Source of the DNA: Verrucomicrobiota bacterium
GTDB taxonomy: Bacteria > Verrucomicrobiota > Verrucomicrobiia > Limisphaerales > SXQI01
Reading direction: 5' to 3'
Assembly: GCA_033762115.1 (NCBI GenBank)
Contig: JANRLX010000129.1
Span: 1-64,000 of the forward strand
Length of the DNA stretch: 64,000 nt
A model generated the notes under the pieces. It had not been told where the DNA came from, made no database searches, and saw only the letters and a list, made by a program, of their open reading frames with translations. Positions 39,760 through 50,225 of this stretch are shown in pieces; position 1 is the first letter of the stretch; every line of letters begins with the position of its first letter. The position numbers were made by a program, and so were the translations under genes.

Positions 39760-41043
39760 TTACAAAGAGATCAAAACGTTTTTGGCAGCTTCGATTGTGT
39801 GTTGGATGTCCTGCTCTGTGTGGGCAACAGAAAGAAATCCTGCTTCGAATTGGGAGGGTGCCAGGTAAATGCCCTGTTCCAGCATGCCATGAAAGAATTT
39901 GGAAAAACGGGTTCGGTCGCTTTTCAAGGCTGCTGCGAGGTTATGCACTGGTTCTGTGGCAAAATATCCGCAAAACATCGATCCACAACGATTAAACTGT
40001 ATGGGCACTCCCGCTTTTCCGGCCGCTTCAGCAAGTCCTTTTTCCAGCATTGCACCCAACATTTCCAGTCGATCATAGACCTCTGGGGTGAGTTGATTGA
40101 CAGCCGCGAGTCCTGCCGCCATGGCCAAAGGATTGCCGCTTAAAGTGCCTGCCTGATAAACCGGCCCGAGAGGTGCGAGGTGTTCCATGATTTCCCGCCT
40201 GCCCCCGAATGCTCCCACAGGAAGCCCGCCTCCAATAATTTTTCCAAAGCAACTGAGATCAGGAGTGATTTTAAACCGTTCCTGGGCTCCGCCATGGCTG
40301 AGACGGAAGCCGGTCATGACTTCGTCAAAAATCAGCAATGTTCCTTCACGCTGTGTGATCTCACGCAGTTTTTCAAGATAACCGGGGCGAGGGAGATAAA
40401 GGCCGGCATTGCCAGGGACAGGCTCGATGATAATTCCGGCGATCTGACCCGGGTTGGCTTGAAATGCGGCTCCTATCGCCTCAAGATCATTAAAGGGTAG
40501 GACGACCGTGTGCTGCGTAAAGGCAGCGGGGACGCCCATGCTGTCCGGATATCCGAAGGTCAATGCGCCGGATCCCGCCTTGACCAACAAAGAGTCCACA
40601 TGACCATGATAGCAGCCCTCGAATTTGATAATTTTATCCCGTTTGGTAAAACCCCGGGCGAGGCGGATGGCGGACATGGTTGCTTCCGTTCCGGAATTGC
40701 AAAACCGCACTTGCTGAACGGACGGAATCGACTGGCAAATGACTTTCGCCAGGTCAACTTCGAGGGGATTGGGAACTCCGAAACTGGTTCCGCGGACGGC
40801 AGTTTCCTGGACGGCTTTGATGATGGATTGATTGGCATGGCCCAGAATTGCCGGACCCCATGTGCCGACATAATCAATGTAACGATTTCCATCGAGATCA
40901 TACAGGTAAGCTCCTTCTGCCCGATTCACGAAAAAGGGGGTGCCTCCAACCGCTCGAAATGCTCGGACGGGAGAATTAACGCCCCCTGGAATCCAGTTGA
41001 GCGCCTCCTTAAAAAGGGATTCAGACTTGCTTCTCGAAATCAC
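39760..41043 (-). CDS. hemL: Glutamate-1-semialdehyde 2,1-aminomutase
   Basis: PGGVNSPVRAF, NSGTEAT, FDEVMTGFR, GKIIGGGLPVG, YQAGTLSGNP; start placed at GTG 41043. Confidence 0.95.
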   Translation of the reverse strand: MISRSKSESLFKEALNWIPGGVNSPVRAFRAVGGTPFFVNRAEGAYLYDLDGNRYIDYVGTWGPAILGHANQSIIKAVQETAVRGTSFGVPNPLEVDLAKVICQSIPSVQQVRFCNSGTEATMSAIRLARGFTKRDKIIKFEGCYHGHVDSLLVKAGSGALTFGYPDSMGVPAAFTQHTVVLPFNDLEAIGAAFQANPGQIAGIIIEPVPGNAGLYLPRPGYLEKLREITQREGTLLIFDEVMTGFRLSHGGAQERFKITPDLSCFGKIIGGGLPVGAFGGRREIMEHLAPLGPVYQAGTLSGNPLAMAAGLAAVNQLTPEVYDRLEMLGAMLEKGLAEAAGKAGVPIQFNRCGSMFCGYFATEPVHNLAAALKSDRTRFSKFFHGMLEQGIYLAPSQFEAGFLSVAHTEQDIQHTIEAAKNVLISL

Positions 41044-41146
41044 GGCTGAAATTGAAGCAGACTGCGAACTTTTAATCCAGTCATGGAATTGCTTCGGAAT
41101 GACCGCTTTCCCGAAGAGCGGTTGAGCATTAAGATAGGAGGAGACA

Positions 41147-43663
41147 ATGCCAGAAAATGCTATAGAACCGGAGATCGCGGGAGAAGCGAGGCTTGTAAAC
41201 TCGCTTCCGGAACTTCTCGCACCTGCCGGGGATTGGGAATGCGCCAAAGCGGCTGTGGAGAATGGGGCTGATGCGATCTATTTCGGACTGGAACGTTTTA
41301 ATGCAAGAATGCGGGCTCGGAATTTTACTGAAGCTGATCTTCCGGCCTTGATGGAGTTTTTGCATCGACGCGGCGTTCGGGGTTACGTCACTTTCAACAC
41401 GCTGGTTTTTACAAATGAACTGGCGGAGGCGGAAGAGTATTTAAAATCAATCATCCGGGCAGGAGTTGATGCGGCGATCGTGCAGGATGTGGGAATTTGC
41501 CGATTGATTCGAAGGCTCTCTCCCGATTTTCCGATTCATGCCTCAACCCAGATGACAATTACGAGCGCTGCTGGACTTGAATTTGCACGGGAACTCGGGT
41601 GCAACCTCGTGGTGCTGGCCCGGGAATGTTCGATGAAAGAAATTGCGGACATCAGGGCAGCAACAACGAATGATTTGAGTTCAACGAGCAGCCTGCCTCT
41701 GGAAGTGTTTGTTCATGGGGCGTTGTGCGTGGCATATTCAGGGCAATGTCTTACCAGTGAATCTTTGGGAGGAAGGTCGGCAAATCGAGGTGAATGTGCG
41801 CAGGCCTGCCGCATGCCTTATGAACTGATTTCAAATGGAAAAACGGTCCCTCTCGGATATCGCAAATATCTGCTTAGTCCCCAGGATCTGGCAGGAATCG
41901 AGGTGCTGCCTGAGCTTGTGCGGGCAGGGGTTTCCAGCCTGAAAATTGAAGGACGCCTCAAATCTCCGGAATATGTCGCAAATATCACTCGAGTTTACCG
42001 TCAGGCACTTCAACGCATTTCTGAAAACAGAAGCAGGGAGTGGGCTGTTCCAGCAGAAGAGCAATATCGTTTGGAAATGGGATTTTCACGCGGGCTTTAC
42101 ACTGGCTGGTTCAAGGGAATCAACAACCAGGAGCTGGCGCATGCACGATTTGGCAAAAAGCGTGGGGTTTATCTCGGTAATGTGACACGGATGGGGCGAG
42201 ATGGCGTCTTCGTGAAACTTGAATCATCGTTAAAACGAGGTGATGGAGTCGTTTTCGATGCGGGGAAGCCTGAAGGAGAGGAGCAGGGGGGGCGTGTTTA
42301 CGATCTTCTGGAGAGCGGGACAGAAACATTACTTCTGTTTGGACGGGGCGCAATCGACCTGAATTGCATCCAGCCCGGGAACAAGGTTTGGAAAACAAGC
42401 GACCCTGAACTGGATAAAGAACTGCGGCAGAGTTTTGCCGGAGAACAGGTGCGTTTCCAAAGACCGCTTCATTTTGAAGTTCATGCTGCCCTTGGCCAGC
42501 CTTTGACCGTCATTGCCCGTGATGAAGAGGGGCATGTGCTGCGCGAACATTCGGCATTTTCGTTGGAAATGGCGCAAAACCGACCTTTGTCAGAGGACTT
42601 ATTACGAGAGCAGCTGGGGCGGCTTGGTGGAACGCCTTTTCATTTGGGAAAACTGACCGCCACGATTGAGGGAACGCCCATGGTCCCAGTGAGTGAACTT
42701 AACCGGATGCGTCGCTCACTGGTTGAACGATTAACTGTATTACGGAGTGCACCAAGCCGGTGGGTGATGAACGACGTCCCTGCGATCAGTTTTGCTGCGC
42801 CCCGAGTTGAACGGGGTGATCCCGAACTCATCGGGTTGGTCCGTTCCATGGAACAACTCGAAGCGATCCTCCAGACTGATATCAAGGAAGTTTATTGTGA
42901 ATTCGAAGACCCAAAAAAGTATCGCCAGGCAGTCCAACGAGTGAGGGATGCAGGGGAGCATCGGTTGGCATGGGTCGCTCCGCCCCGAATTACGAAACCG
43001 GGTGAAGAATGGATTTTAAAGCAGGTATTATCCAGCGGAGCAGATGGTTACCTGGTACGAAATTATGATCATCTTCAGTTTTTTGAGAAGGAGCGTTGTC
43101 GGGGGGATTTTTCCCTCAATGTGGCAAATCCGATAACTGCCGAATATTTCATTAACAGGTTCGGTCTTGAACGAGTGACTGCTTCCTACGATTTGAATGT
43201 GGCGCAATTGCAGGCGCTGCTTGGGGCATGCGATCCCTCGATCCTGGAAATAACGCTCCATCAGCACATGCCGATGTTTCATATGGAGCATTGCGTGTTC
43301 TGTGCGTTTTTATCGAATGGGACCGATTACAGGAATTGTGGCCGTCCATGCGATGAGCAGGAGGTGAAAATCCGGGATCGAGTCGGTGCGGAGCATCCGT
43401 TGAAGGCGGATGCGGGGTGTCGAAATACAGTGTTTAATGCAAGAGCGCAAACGGGTGCAGAGTTTTTTCAGGAGCTATTCCTTCTGGGAGCCCGTTCTTT
43501 CAGGCTGGAGTTTCTCAATGAAGAGGGTCCGGAAGTCATTCGAACGATTGAGCAGTACCGCAAGCTTCTTCGAGGAGAAATCAGCGGCATTGAACTGTGG
43601 CGAGATCTCAAGCTGGTGAACCAGCTCGGCGTGACGCGGGGACAGTTAAAGGGGCTCAAGTGA
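41147..43663 (+). CDS. Peptidase U32-family Fe-S protein, long form (RlhA-like RNA hydroxylation factor)
   Basis: ELLAPAG, HASTQ, CVAYSGQC...NRGECAQAC, LKIEGR; second Cys cluster near the C-terminus. Confidence 0.88.
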   Translation: MPENAIEPEIAGEARLVNSLPELLAPAGDWECAKAAVENGADAIYFGLERFNARMRARNFTEADLPALMEFLHRRGVRGYVTFNTLVFTNELAEAEEYLKSIIRAGVDAAIVQDVGICRLIRRLSPDFPIHASTQMTITSAAGLEFARELGCNLVVLARECSMKEIADIRAATTNDLSSTSSLPLEVFVHGALCVAYSGQCLTSESLGGRSANRGECAQACRMPYELISNGKTVPLGYRKYLLSPQDLAGIEVLPELVRAGVSSLKIEGRLKSPEYVANITRVYRQALQRISENRSREWAVPAEEQYRLEMGFSRGLYTGWFKGINNQELAHARFGKKRGVYLGNVTRMGRDGVFVKLESSLKRGDGVVFDAGKPEGEEQGGRVYDLLESGTETLLLFGRGAIDLNCIQPGNKVWKTSDPELDKELRQSFAGEQVRFQRPLHFEVHAALGQPLTVIARDEEGHVLREHSAFSLEMAQNRPLSEDLLREQLGRLGGTPFHLGKLTATIEGTPMVPVSELNRMRRSLVERLTVLRSAPSRWVMNDVPAISFAAPRVERGDPELIGLVRSMEQLEAILQTDIKEVYCEFEDPKKYRQAVQRVRDAGEHRLAWVAPPRITKPGEEWILKQVLSSGADGYLVRNYDHLQFFEKERCRGDFSLNVANPITAEYFINRFGLERVTASYDLNVAQLQALLGACDPSILEITLHQHMPMFHMEHCVFCAFLSNGTDYRNCGRPCDEQEVKIRDRVGAEHPLKADAGCRNTVFNARAQTGAEFFQELFLLGARSFRLEFLNEEGPEVIRTIEQYRKLLRGEISGIELWRDLKLVNQLGVTRGQLKGLK

Positions 43664-44101
43664 GATGATGGCGGGTTGATCCGGTGAAGGAAGGACAGCG
43701 CTTTGCAAAATCGAAGCAAGCGATTCTGGCATGCGAGATGGCTTTTCTTCCAGATTCATTGAAACATGCAGAGTCTCCGCTTCCAGGAGTAATGTTTTTT
43801 CCCTCCAGATGGAATAGGTGAAAGCCAGCTTCAAGCGTTTTAGTTCCTTGATTGCGACATCTATGACAATCACATCATCATAACGAGCAGGCGCCTTGTA
43901 GGTAAGGCGGGCCTCAATCACTGGAAATAAAATGCCTTGCTCCTGGAGCTTGAGAAATGGGATTCCCAGATTGCGAAAAAATTCACCACGTGCTTCCTCA
44001 AGGAAATCAAGATAACGGGAGTAATAGACATGATTTCCCACAGTGCAATCGCTATAAACGACACGCCTTTGATAACGATAAAATTGCTGAGGTCCGTTCA
44101 T
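43646..44101 (-). CDS. Acyl-CoA thioesterase (YbgC/4HBT hotdog fold)
   Basis: RVVYSDC...HVYYSRYL..LEEAR, YKAPARYDD; start placed at ATG 44101. Confidence 0.85.
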   Translation of the reverse strand: MNGPQQFYRYQRRVVYSDCTVGNHVYYSRYLDFLEEARGEFFRNLGIPFLKLQEQGILFPVIEARLTYKAPARYDDVIVIDVAIKELKRLKLAFTYSIWREKTLLLEAETLHVSMNLEEKPSRMPESLASILQSAVLPSPDQPAIISLEPL

Positions 44102-44760
44102 TTTTTCATGTTCTGCTTTTTTTCCATTTTTCGAAATTTTTTCTCCCGTTTTCGAACTTCGCTGCGCAGCAGTTCTTCGGCAGACCACCCATGAGCCTGA
44201 GCTTGAACTGCAAGATCAAAGAGGGTTGCTGCGATTTCGGACCGAGTGATTTGCTTATTGCTTTTTGGCGCAGATAAAGCCCCGGCTTTTCGAGCTTTTT
44301 TTGTCAGTTTTTCTGCTTTCAATAAAGCAGGGAGATGGCGAGGAATCCCATCATAGGCAGAGGATCGCTCCTGTTTTGTTCCGGCCTTTTCAGCTTTTTT
44401 GATTTGTTCCCATTGCGCCCACACCGCATCAACTGATTTGGCTTTTGAATTTCCAAACACGTGCGGGTGGCGTCGAACCAATTTTTCAGAAATTGAGTGG
44501 CAAACCTGATCAAAATCAAAAGCATTCCGTTCCTTTGCGAGCTGGCAATGGAAGACTACCTGCAACAGGAGATCACCCAGTTCTTCTACAAATTCCTGGT
44601 CATTTCCGGATTCAATGGCATCCATTAGCTCATAGACCTCCTCCACTGCGTGGAACCGAAGAGACATATGGTCCTGTTCCCTGTCCCAAGGACAACCTTG
44701 AGGGGAACGAAGCTTTGCCATAATGCGCAGCAATTCGTTAATTGGAACTTTCTGTTTCAT
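44098..44760 (-). CDS. mazG: MazG nucleotide pyrophosphohydrolase
   Basis: GCPWDREQ, EEVYE, EELGDLLLQVVFH, RRHPHVF. Confidence 0.92.
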   Translation of the reverse strand: MKQKVPINELLRIMAKLRSPQGCPWDREQDHMSLRFHAVEEVYELMDAIESGNDQEFVEELGDLLLQVVFHCQLAKERNAFDFDQVCHSISEKLVRRHPHVFGNSKAKSVDAVWAQWEQIKKAEKAGTKQERSSAYDGIPRHLPALLKAEKLTKKARKAGALSAPKSNKQITRSEIAATLFDLAVQAQAHGWSAEELLRSEVRKREKKFRKMEKKQNMKK

Positions 44761-44761
44761 G

Positions 44762-45838
44762 CTAGAGCACTACAAGATCATTGCGATGCACCACTTCTTT
44801 GCGAGGCACTTTCCTGGAGCAGACTTCTTCGGCGGAAGCCCTGGCGATTCCGCGGGCAAATTCAGTCCCATCCTGGTCGCAGATACGAACAACTTCCCCG
44901 GCCTGGAATTCCCCTTCGCAACGGGAAATTCCCGGAGCAAGCAGACTCCTGCCCATCTCACGCAAGGCCTTTCGGGCACCTGCATCGACGATGAGGGTGC
45001 CGCGTGGTCGATGAAAGAAAGCAATCCAACGCTTACGTCCCGCCAGTTTGCCCGGCTTGGGAATGAAGATGGTTCCCTCTTCTTCACCATCGACAACTTT
45101 TTTGAGCACGTCCTTCTTTCGACCGGAAGCAATGACCATGGGCACGCCTGAACGAATCACGATCTTGGCAGCCTGAATTTTTGATGTCATACCGCCTACT
45201 GCGGTGGCACTGGTCGTTCCTCCGGCGATACCTTCAATTCGCGAATCAATTTGTTCGATTGAGGAAAGGAGTTGCGCGTCGGGCGTCCCAAAGTTCTGGA
45301 CCACCCCATCGACTGTGGTCAGGATCACCAATAGATCGGCAGGAAGGAGGCAGGCGACGAGAGCTGAAAGCTTGTCGTTATCACCGAATTTGATTTCCGT
45401 AAAGGAAACGGCGTCATTCTCATTAATGATAGGCACCACGCCGTGACTGAGCAGGCGGACAAGGGTGTTCCGGGCATTCAAATGCCGCTCATGATGGTCC
45501 AAATCTTCATGAGTCAATAGCACCTGGGCGACATTGAGGCCGTGCTCCTGAAAAAGTTTTTCGTAAGTGGACATCAGGCGGGATTGCCCGACCGCAGCAC
45601 AGGCCTGAAGTTCCGCCAGTTCAGTGGGACGCTTATGATGTCCAAGCACACCCATGCCTGCTCCCACGGCACCTGAGGAGACGAGCACAACCTCACGACC
45701 TTCCTTGCGCTGGAAAGCAATTTGCTGGACCAGTTGCTCCAGCTGCTTCAGGTCAGGTTGCTTGCTGGCATTAGTGAGGACTCCAGTGCCAAGCTTGACC
45801 ACAATTCGCGTTATGTCTTTAAGCAACTCCCGTCGCAT
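44762..45838 (-). CDS. proB: Glutamate 5-kinase
   Basis: VVKLGT, VSSGAV, PIINENDAV, GDNDKLS, GGMTSK, PUA domain; start placed at ATG 45838. Confidence 0.95.
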   Translation of the reverse strand: MRRELLKDITRIVVKLGTGVLTNASKQPDLKQLEQLVQQIAFQRKEGREVVLVSSGAVGAGMGVLGHHKRPTELAELQACAAVGQSRLMSTYEKLFQEHGLNVAQVLLTHEDLDHHERHLNARNTLVRLLSHGVVPIINENDAVSFTEIKFGDNDKLSALVACLLPADLLVILTTVDGVVQNFGTPDAQLLSSIEQIDSRIEGIAGGTTSATAVGGMTSKIQAAKIVIRSGVPMVIASGRKKDVLKKVVDGEEEGTIFIPKPGKLAGRKRWIAFFHRPRGTLIVDAGARKALREMGRSLLAPGISRCEGEFQAGEVVRICDQDGTEFARGIARASAEEVCSRKVPRKEVVHRNDLVVL

Positions 45839-45939
45839 CTGGATAGGAGAAGAGAAAAACAACCCTTACAGAAAGAAAAAAGTAACAGAACCGCACAAAA
45901 AGGTTGGTCGTCCCGGAGCACCTCGGCATATTTCGCCTG

Positions 45940-46941
45940 ATGCAATGTTTTGTCACAGGCGCTTCGGGATTCATTGGGGCGAACCTGGTTCACGAATTGA
46001 ATGCCAGGGGACATTCAGTCAGGGCTCTGCTCCGGGAAGGCAGTGATCTTCGGGGACTGGAAGGCGCTGAGTATGAGGTTGTTCGAGGTGATTTGTCTGA
46101 CCGTGATGGATTAAAGAAAGCGATGGATGGTTGTGATTGGTGCTTTCATGTGGCGGCCAGTTACCATCTCTGGCTGAGGGACTATCGCCCGATGTATGCG
46201 GCGAATGTGGAGGGTACGAGAAACATGCTGAACGCTGCCATGAAGGCTGGTTGTTCGAGGATTGTTTATACGAGCACAGTTGGTTGCATTGGCCTGCCCC
46301 GGGAAATGGATGGCCGAATCATACCCAGCGATGAAACTGCCCTGAGCAGGCTCGAAGAGATGAGCAACGATTACAAGCGTTCCAAATGGCTCGCTGAACA
46401 GGTGGCACTCGAATCATCCAAAGCCGGTGTGCCGGTAATTATTGTGAACCCGAGTGCTCCGGTTGGTCCCCGTGACGTAAAACCTACCCCCACTGGAAAG
46501 GTGATCGTCGATTTTCTCAATCGTGCCATGCCAGGTTATGTGGATACAGGATTAAACTGGGTCCATGTGCGTGATGTCGCCGTGGGCCATATCCTCGCCG
46601 CGGAAAAGGGGAGGGTGGGGCAGAGGTATATTTTAGGTCATGCTGATGGAAATTGGACTTTACAAAAAGCCTTTGAGGTTCTTGAGAAAATTACCGGCAT
46701 CAAAGCTCCCGGAATGAAGGTTCCATATTCGGTCGCGCTAATGGCCGCCTATCTGAATGAAGGGATTTCCAGGATTACAGGAAAGGAGCCTAAAGCGCCA
46801 CTGGCCGGAGTCCGCATGGCAAGGTACAAAATGTTTTTTAATCCTGCCAAGGCAATCCATGAACTGGGTCTTCCTCAAACTGACCCGGAACAGGCGCTTA
46901 GGGAAGCTGTGAAATGGTTTGAAGAACATCCTGTTTCTTAA
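45940..46941 (+). CDS. NAD-dependent epimerase/dehydratase, HpnA-like
   Basis: TGASGFIG, YKRSK, NPSAPVGPRDVKPTPTG, VHVRDVA.GH. Confidence 0.88.
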   Translation: MQCFVTGASGFIGANLVHELNARGHSVRALLREGSDLRGLEGAEYEVVRGDLSDRDGLKKAMDGCDWCFHVAASYHLWLRDYRPMYAANVEGTRNMLNAAMKAGCSRIVYTSTVGCIGLPREMDGRIIPSDETALSRLEEMSNDYKRSKWLAEQVALESSKAGVPVIIVNPSAPVGPRDVKPTPTGKVIVDFLNRAMPGYVDTGLNWVHVRDVAVGHILAAEKGRVGQRYILGHADGNWTLQKAFEVLEKITGIKAPGMKVPYSVALMAAYLNEGISRITGKEPKAPLAGVRMARYKMFFNPAKAIHELGLPQTDPEQALREAVKWFEEHPVS

Positions 46942-46992
46942 TCCAGCTGACTCAATTGACTTATAATGAGACCTCCTGCATGATCTGGCGTA

Positions 46993-47754
46993 ATGTGGCA
47001 ACGCCTGGGAGGGTGGTTAAACCTAATTCATCGTTCTAATTTTCGTTACTTTCGCCGTGGAGCGATCAAGCCTCCTTTTCACTTTAGACACAATGGAGTA
47101 GGTGTGGATATTCACGCTACCGCAACCACTGGTTCGACTGTTTGTTATTGTGAGGTTCTGATCGATGATCATTATAAAATGTTCCAGTTTTCCAAGAGGG
47201 AAACTCCTGGAGTGATTGTGGATATCGGAGCCAACATTGGAATATTCAGCAAAATGGCGACGGTTCTTTTTCCAGAAGCGAAAATTTATTCTTATGAACC
47301 ACATCCTTCAGCATTTGCCTGCCTGAAGAAAAACGCTGAAGGAACCGGGATCAGCCCGTTTAATTGTGGCGTATCGAATATGGCTGGGCAATTTTTTCTC
47401 GAGGCCAACTGCGATTCTACCACAGGGGCCGTGAGCGTTTCAGGGGGGATTCCCGTTAAATGCATTTCAGTATCAGAATTGCAGCCGGAAACAGGTGAAA
47501 TCGACCTTTTGAAGATGGATTGCGAAGGTTCTGAATGGGCCATTTTTCAAGATTCTGGGCTGCTGGCGCGGACAAAATATTTAACAATGGAGTATCACCT
47601 GGTAGATGGACATACCTTGAAAGAGCTTGAGCAGATCCTGGTGAATGCCCGGCATAGGATTCTTCATGTCCATCCTCATGGGGGGTATGGCGGGAAATTT
47701 GGCCTGCTTTGGGCGGTAAGAGAGGGGAATCTGCCAGGTCCCTGGACTTTTTGA
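46993..47754 (+). CDS. FkbM-family methyltransferase
   Basis: DIGANIG, YEP, LKMDCEGSE. Confidence 0.88.
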   Translation: MWQRLGGWLNLIHRSNFRYFRRGAIKPPFHFRHNGVGVDIHATATTGSTVCYCEVLIDDHYKMFQFSKRETPGVIVDIGANIGIFSKMATVLFPEAKIYSYEPHPSAFACLKKNAEGTGISPFNCGVSNMAGQFFLEANCDSTTGAVSVSGGIPVKCISVSELQPETGEIDLLKMDCEGSEWAIFQDSGLLARTKYLTMEYHLVDGHTLKELEQILVNARHRILHVHPHGGYGGKFGLLWAVREGNLPGPWTF

Positions 47755-47831
47755 GAAGACCTCCTCCTGATGCAGTTCGGCAAGCCACTTGCTCTCAAGA
47801 GTTTCGTGATTCTGACGAAGTAAGAGATCAG

Positions 47832-50153
47832 ATGGGTAAGATCATCGATTCTGGTATCATCGCATTGACCCTGCTGGCCCCTGCGCTTGGAGGGTCCACT
47901 CAATTATGGGCTCAGGCGATCTTGCTCCTGGGAATGGGGGCAATCATCGTTGCAAGACCGCCACAACATCTTCCATCCAAAGGGATTACTATCACCGCAG
48001 TGGGGCTGTTGCTGCTTGGCGCAGCGGCCTTTTTGCCTGCAAGCCTGGCCTCCTGGCCCTGGCGTCATGAGCTTTCAACTCAATATGGACTCACGCTTTC
48101 CGGAACCATAACAGCGCAACCATGGATTACTTTAGAGGGTTATTTCCTGCTTCTGATTGGAATTATTTGGGCAATTTATCTTCAATCTCACCAGTTTGAA
48201 CTTCGGCGGAAGGTGATTTTTATCAGTTATGCGGTTGGAATTGTAACTCTCGCACTTCTTGCCCTTGCAGTTTACCTGACTAAAACAGATTTCCCCCTTT
48301 GGAAACCTTTAAATGGGCCTTTCGGCTTTTTTCCAAATCGGAATCATACAGCCAATGTGCTCGCGATTGGGGGGCTCATTTGTTTCAGCCTTGCGTATTG
48401 CAATTACACCAAAAAAAACAAAGTGGGTTGGTTATGGATATGCGCTTACCTCATCATTGGCGTTGCGCTGGTCATTAATTACTCACGGGCGGGAATTCTG
48501 ATTTTCTTTGGGGGAAGTGCGGTTTGGTTTGTCTGGGCCACCTGGGCTGAGGGGAGGAAGCAGGATTTGGCGATCGGTCTGTCGGTGCTGTTGTTATTAA
48601 TGGCGGGATTTATTTTGTATGGAGGCAAAACTTCCAAAAGATTTGTTGGTCCTGCTGAAAGTGCTGCATCTCCCGAGCGAGGCATGGGTTTTCGCATTTT
48701 AATTCAAAAGGATGCCTTTGAGTTATACAAAAGCGCAGGATGGCACGGGATCGGATTGGGAAATTTCGAATCTGTTTTTGCGCGTTATCGGGATGCATCA
48801 GCAAATGGGTACCGGGCGGTGCATCCGGAAAGTGACTGGCTCCTGATCGGGACAGAGCTTGGCTGGCTGGCCCCTTTTCTGGTTTTTTTGGGAGTCGGAT
48901 TTCTTTTCGTCAAAGACTGGCCTCGAGCAGGAGAGCCGAATTTTCTTTTACGCTCTTCGGCAGTGGTTGCAGTCCTTATGTTTATCGCCCACGGGTTTAT
49001 TGATGTGCCCGGGCATCGGTTCGGGACATTAATGGGAGCATTGTTGCTGGCAGCGCTGATTGCACGAAAGGACAAGACGATGCAAAGAATTGTTCGGCTG
49101 CCGATTATCTTTCGATTCGGAATGGTACCACTTTGTGTTGTGGCCTTGTGGTGGCTCATCCCACAAGGAGCGAAATACAATATTGCGAACAGTCGAGACA
49201 TTGCCCGAATCAAGCAGGAGATCATACGTTCGTATGGAGAAAAGCGGCATGCGCAGATTATCAAACTTGCAGATATAGGGTTACGTCATGCGCCTCTTGA
49301 CTGGTGGTTTTATTTTAATCGAGGGATTGGGAAAGCCTGGGTGATGAGTGACCCTGAGGAAGCGGTCAGGGATTTCCACCTCGCATATTATTTGGAGCCA
49401 CACTATCCCCGCCTCCCGTTGGAAGAGGGTCAACTATGGGCCAGCAGGGAGCCTGAGTTGGCGATCAAGGCGTTCCAGCGGGCTCTTCTTTCTGCACCGG
49501 CAATTCAGAAAGAGGATATCATGAACACGATCATTCGGAAAATGGGATCGGACCTGAATCTTCAGATGAACTGGCTGAAGGAGAACGCGACCAATCCTGT
49601 TATTGTGCTTAAGGTCCTTGCTCAGTTGAGGGGTGATCAGTTTCAGGAAGGAGTGTCGAGAATTATGACTCGGTCTGCCGATCTGGATCATTGGTCTAAT
49701 GAGCAACTTGCCGAGTTTTTAAATTTATGGGAATCCAATGGCAAAGCCGAGGAGTTGGAAAAATTTCTGGTCGATCACCCCAAATATCAAAAAATGGCAT
49801 GGCGAGCCATGGCACGGCAAAAGGCCTCACAAAAAGAATTTCAGGCGGCGTGTGAAATTGTCCTTTCTTCGGTTACGGCACCTGCGCTGCCAGTTGCCGA
49901 TTCTTCACGAAGTGAGGATAAGCTTTTGCATGCAATGATGTTCCAGAACGACTTTGTGGCGGGATATTCGTTTTTCCTGATCCAGATGAAAAACCAAAAA
50001 ACGAATGAGGCGTTACGAGTTCTTGAACAGTTGACAACTCGCCCAGGTTGTCCGAAATACCTGTTCTTTGTAGACGCTGAGTTAAAGAGCAAGATGGCAG
50101 ACTGGGTAGGTGCGTGGAATTCATTACAAGAATTTCTCGCCAGCCGTTCCTGA
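47832..50153 (+). CDS. O-antigen-ligase-family membrane protein with C-terminal TPR-like region
   Basis: FPNRNH, YSRAG, GIGLGNF, HPESDWL..ELG; ~12 TM segments followed by a helical tail. Confidence 0.82.
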   Translation: MGKIIDSGIIALTLLAPALGGSTQLWAQAILLLGMGAIIVARPPQHLPSKGITITAVGLLLLGAAAFLPASLASWPWRHELSTQYGLTLSGTITAQPWITLEGYFLLLIGIIWAIYLQSHQFELRRKVIFISYAVGIVTLALLALAVYLTKTDFPLWKPLNGPFGFFPNRNHTANVLAIGGLICFSLAYCNYTKKNKVGWLWICAYLIIGVALVINYSRAGILIFFGGSAVWFVWATWAEGRKQDLAIGLSVLLLLMAGFILYGGKTSKRFVGPAESAASPERGMGFRILIQKDAFELYKSAGWHGIGLGNFESVFARYRDASANGYRAVHPESDWLLIGTELGWLAPFLVFLGVGFLFVKDWPRAGEPNFLLRSSAVVAVLMFIAHGFIDVPGHRFGTLMGALLLAALIARKDKTMQRIVRLPIIFRFGMVPLCVVALWWLIPQGAKYNIANSRDIARIKQEIIRSYGEKRHAQIIKLADIGLRHAPLDWWFYFNRGIGKAWVMSDPEEAVRDFHLAYYLEPHYPRLPLEEGQLWASREPELAIKAFQRALLSAPAIQKEDIMNTIIRKMGSDLNLQMNWLKENATNPVIVLKVLAQLRGDQFQEGVSRIMTRSADLDHWSNEQLAEFLNLWESNGKAEELEKFLVDHPKYQKMAWRAMARQKASQKEFQAACEIVLSSVTAPALPVADSSRSEDKLLHAMMFQNDFVAGYSFFLIQMKNQKTNEALRVLEQLTTRPGCPKYLFFVDAELKSKMADWVGAWNSLQEFLASRS

Positions 50154-50225
50154 GCTCGCTAAGATTTTTCCCGTTGATGCCGGATTTCCTAAGTAATTGT
50201 GGACAGCTTGATTACAAAAAGTGAA

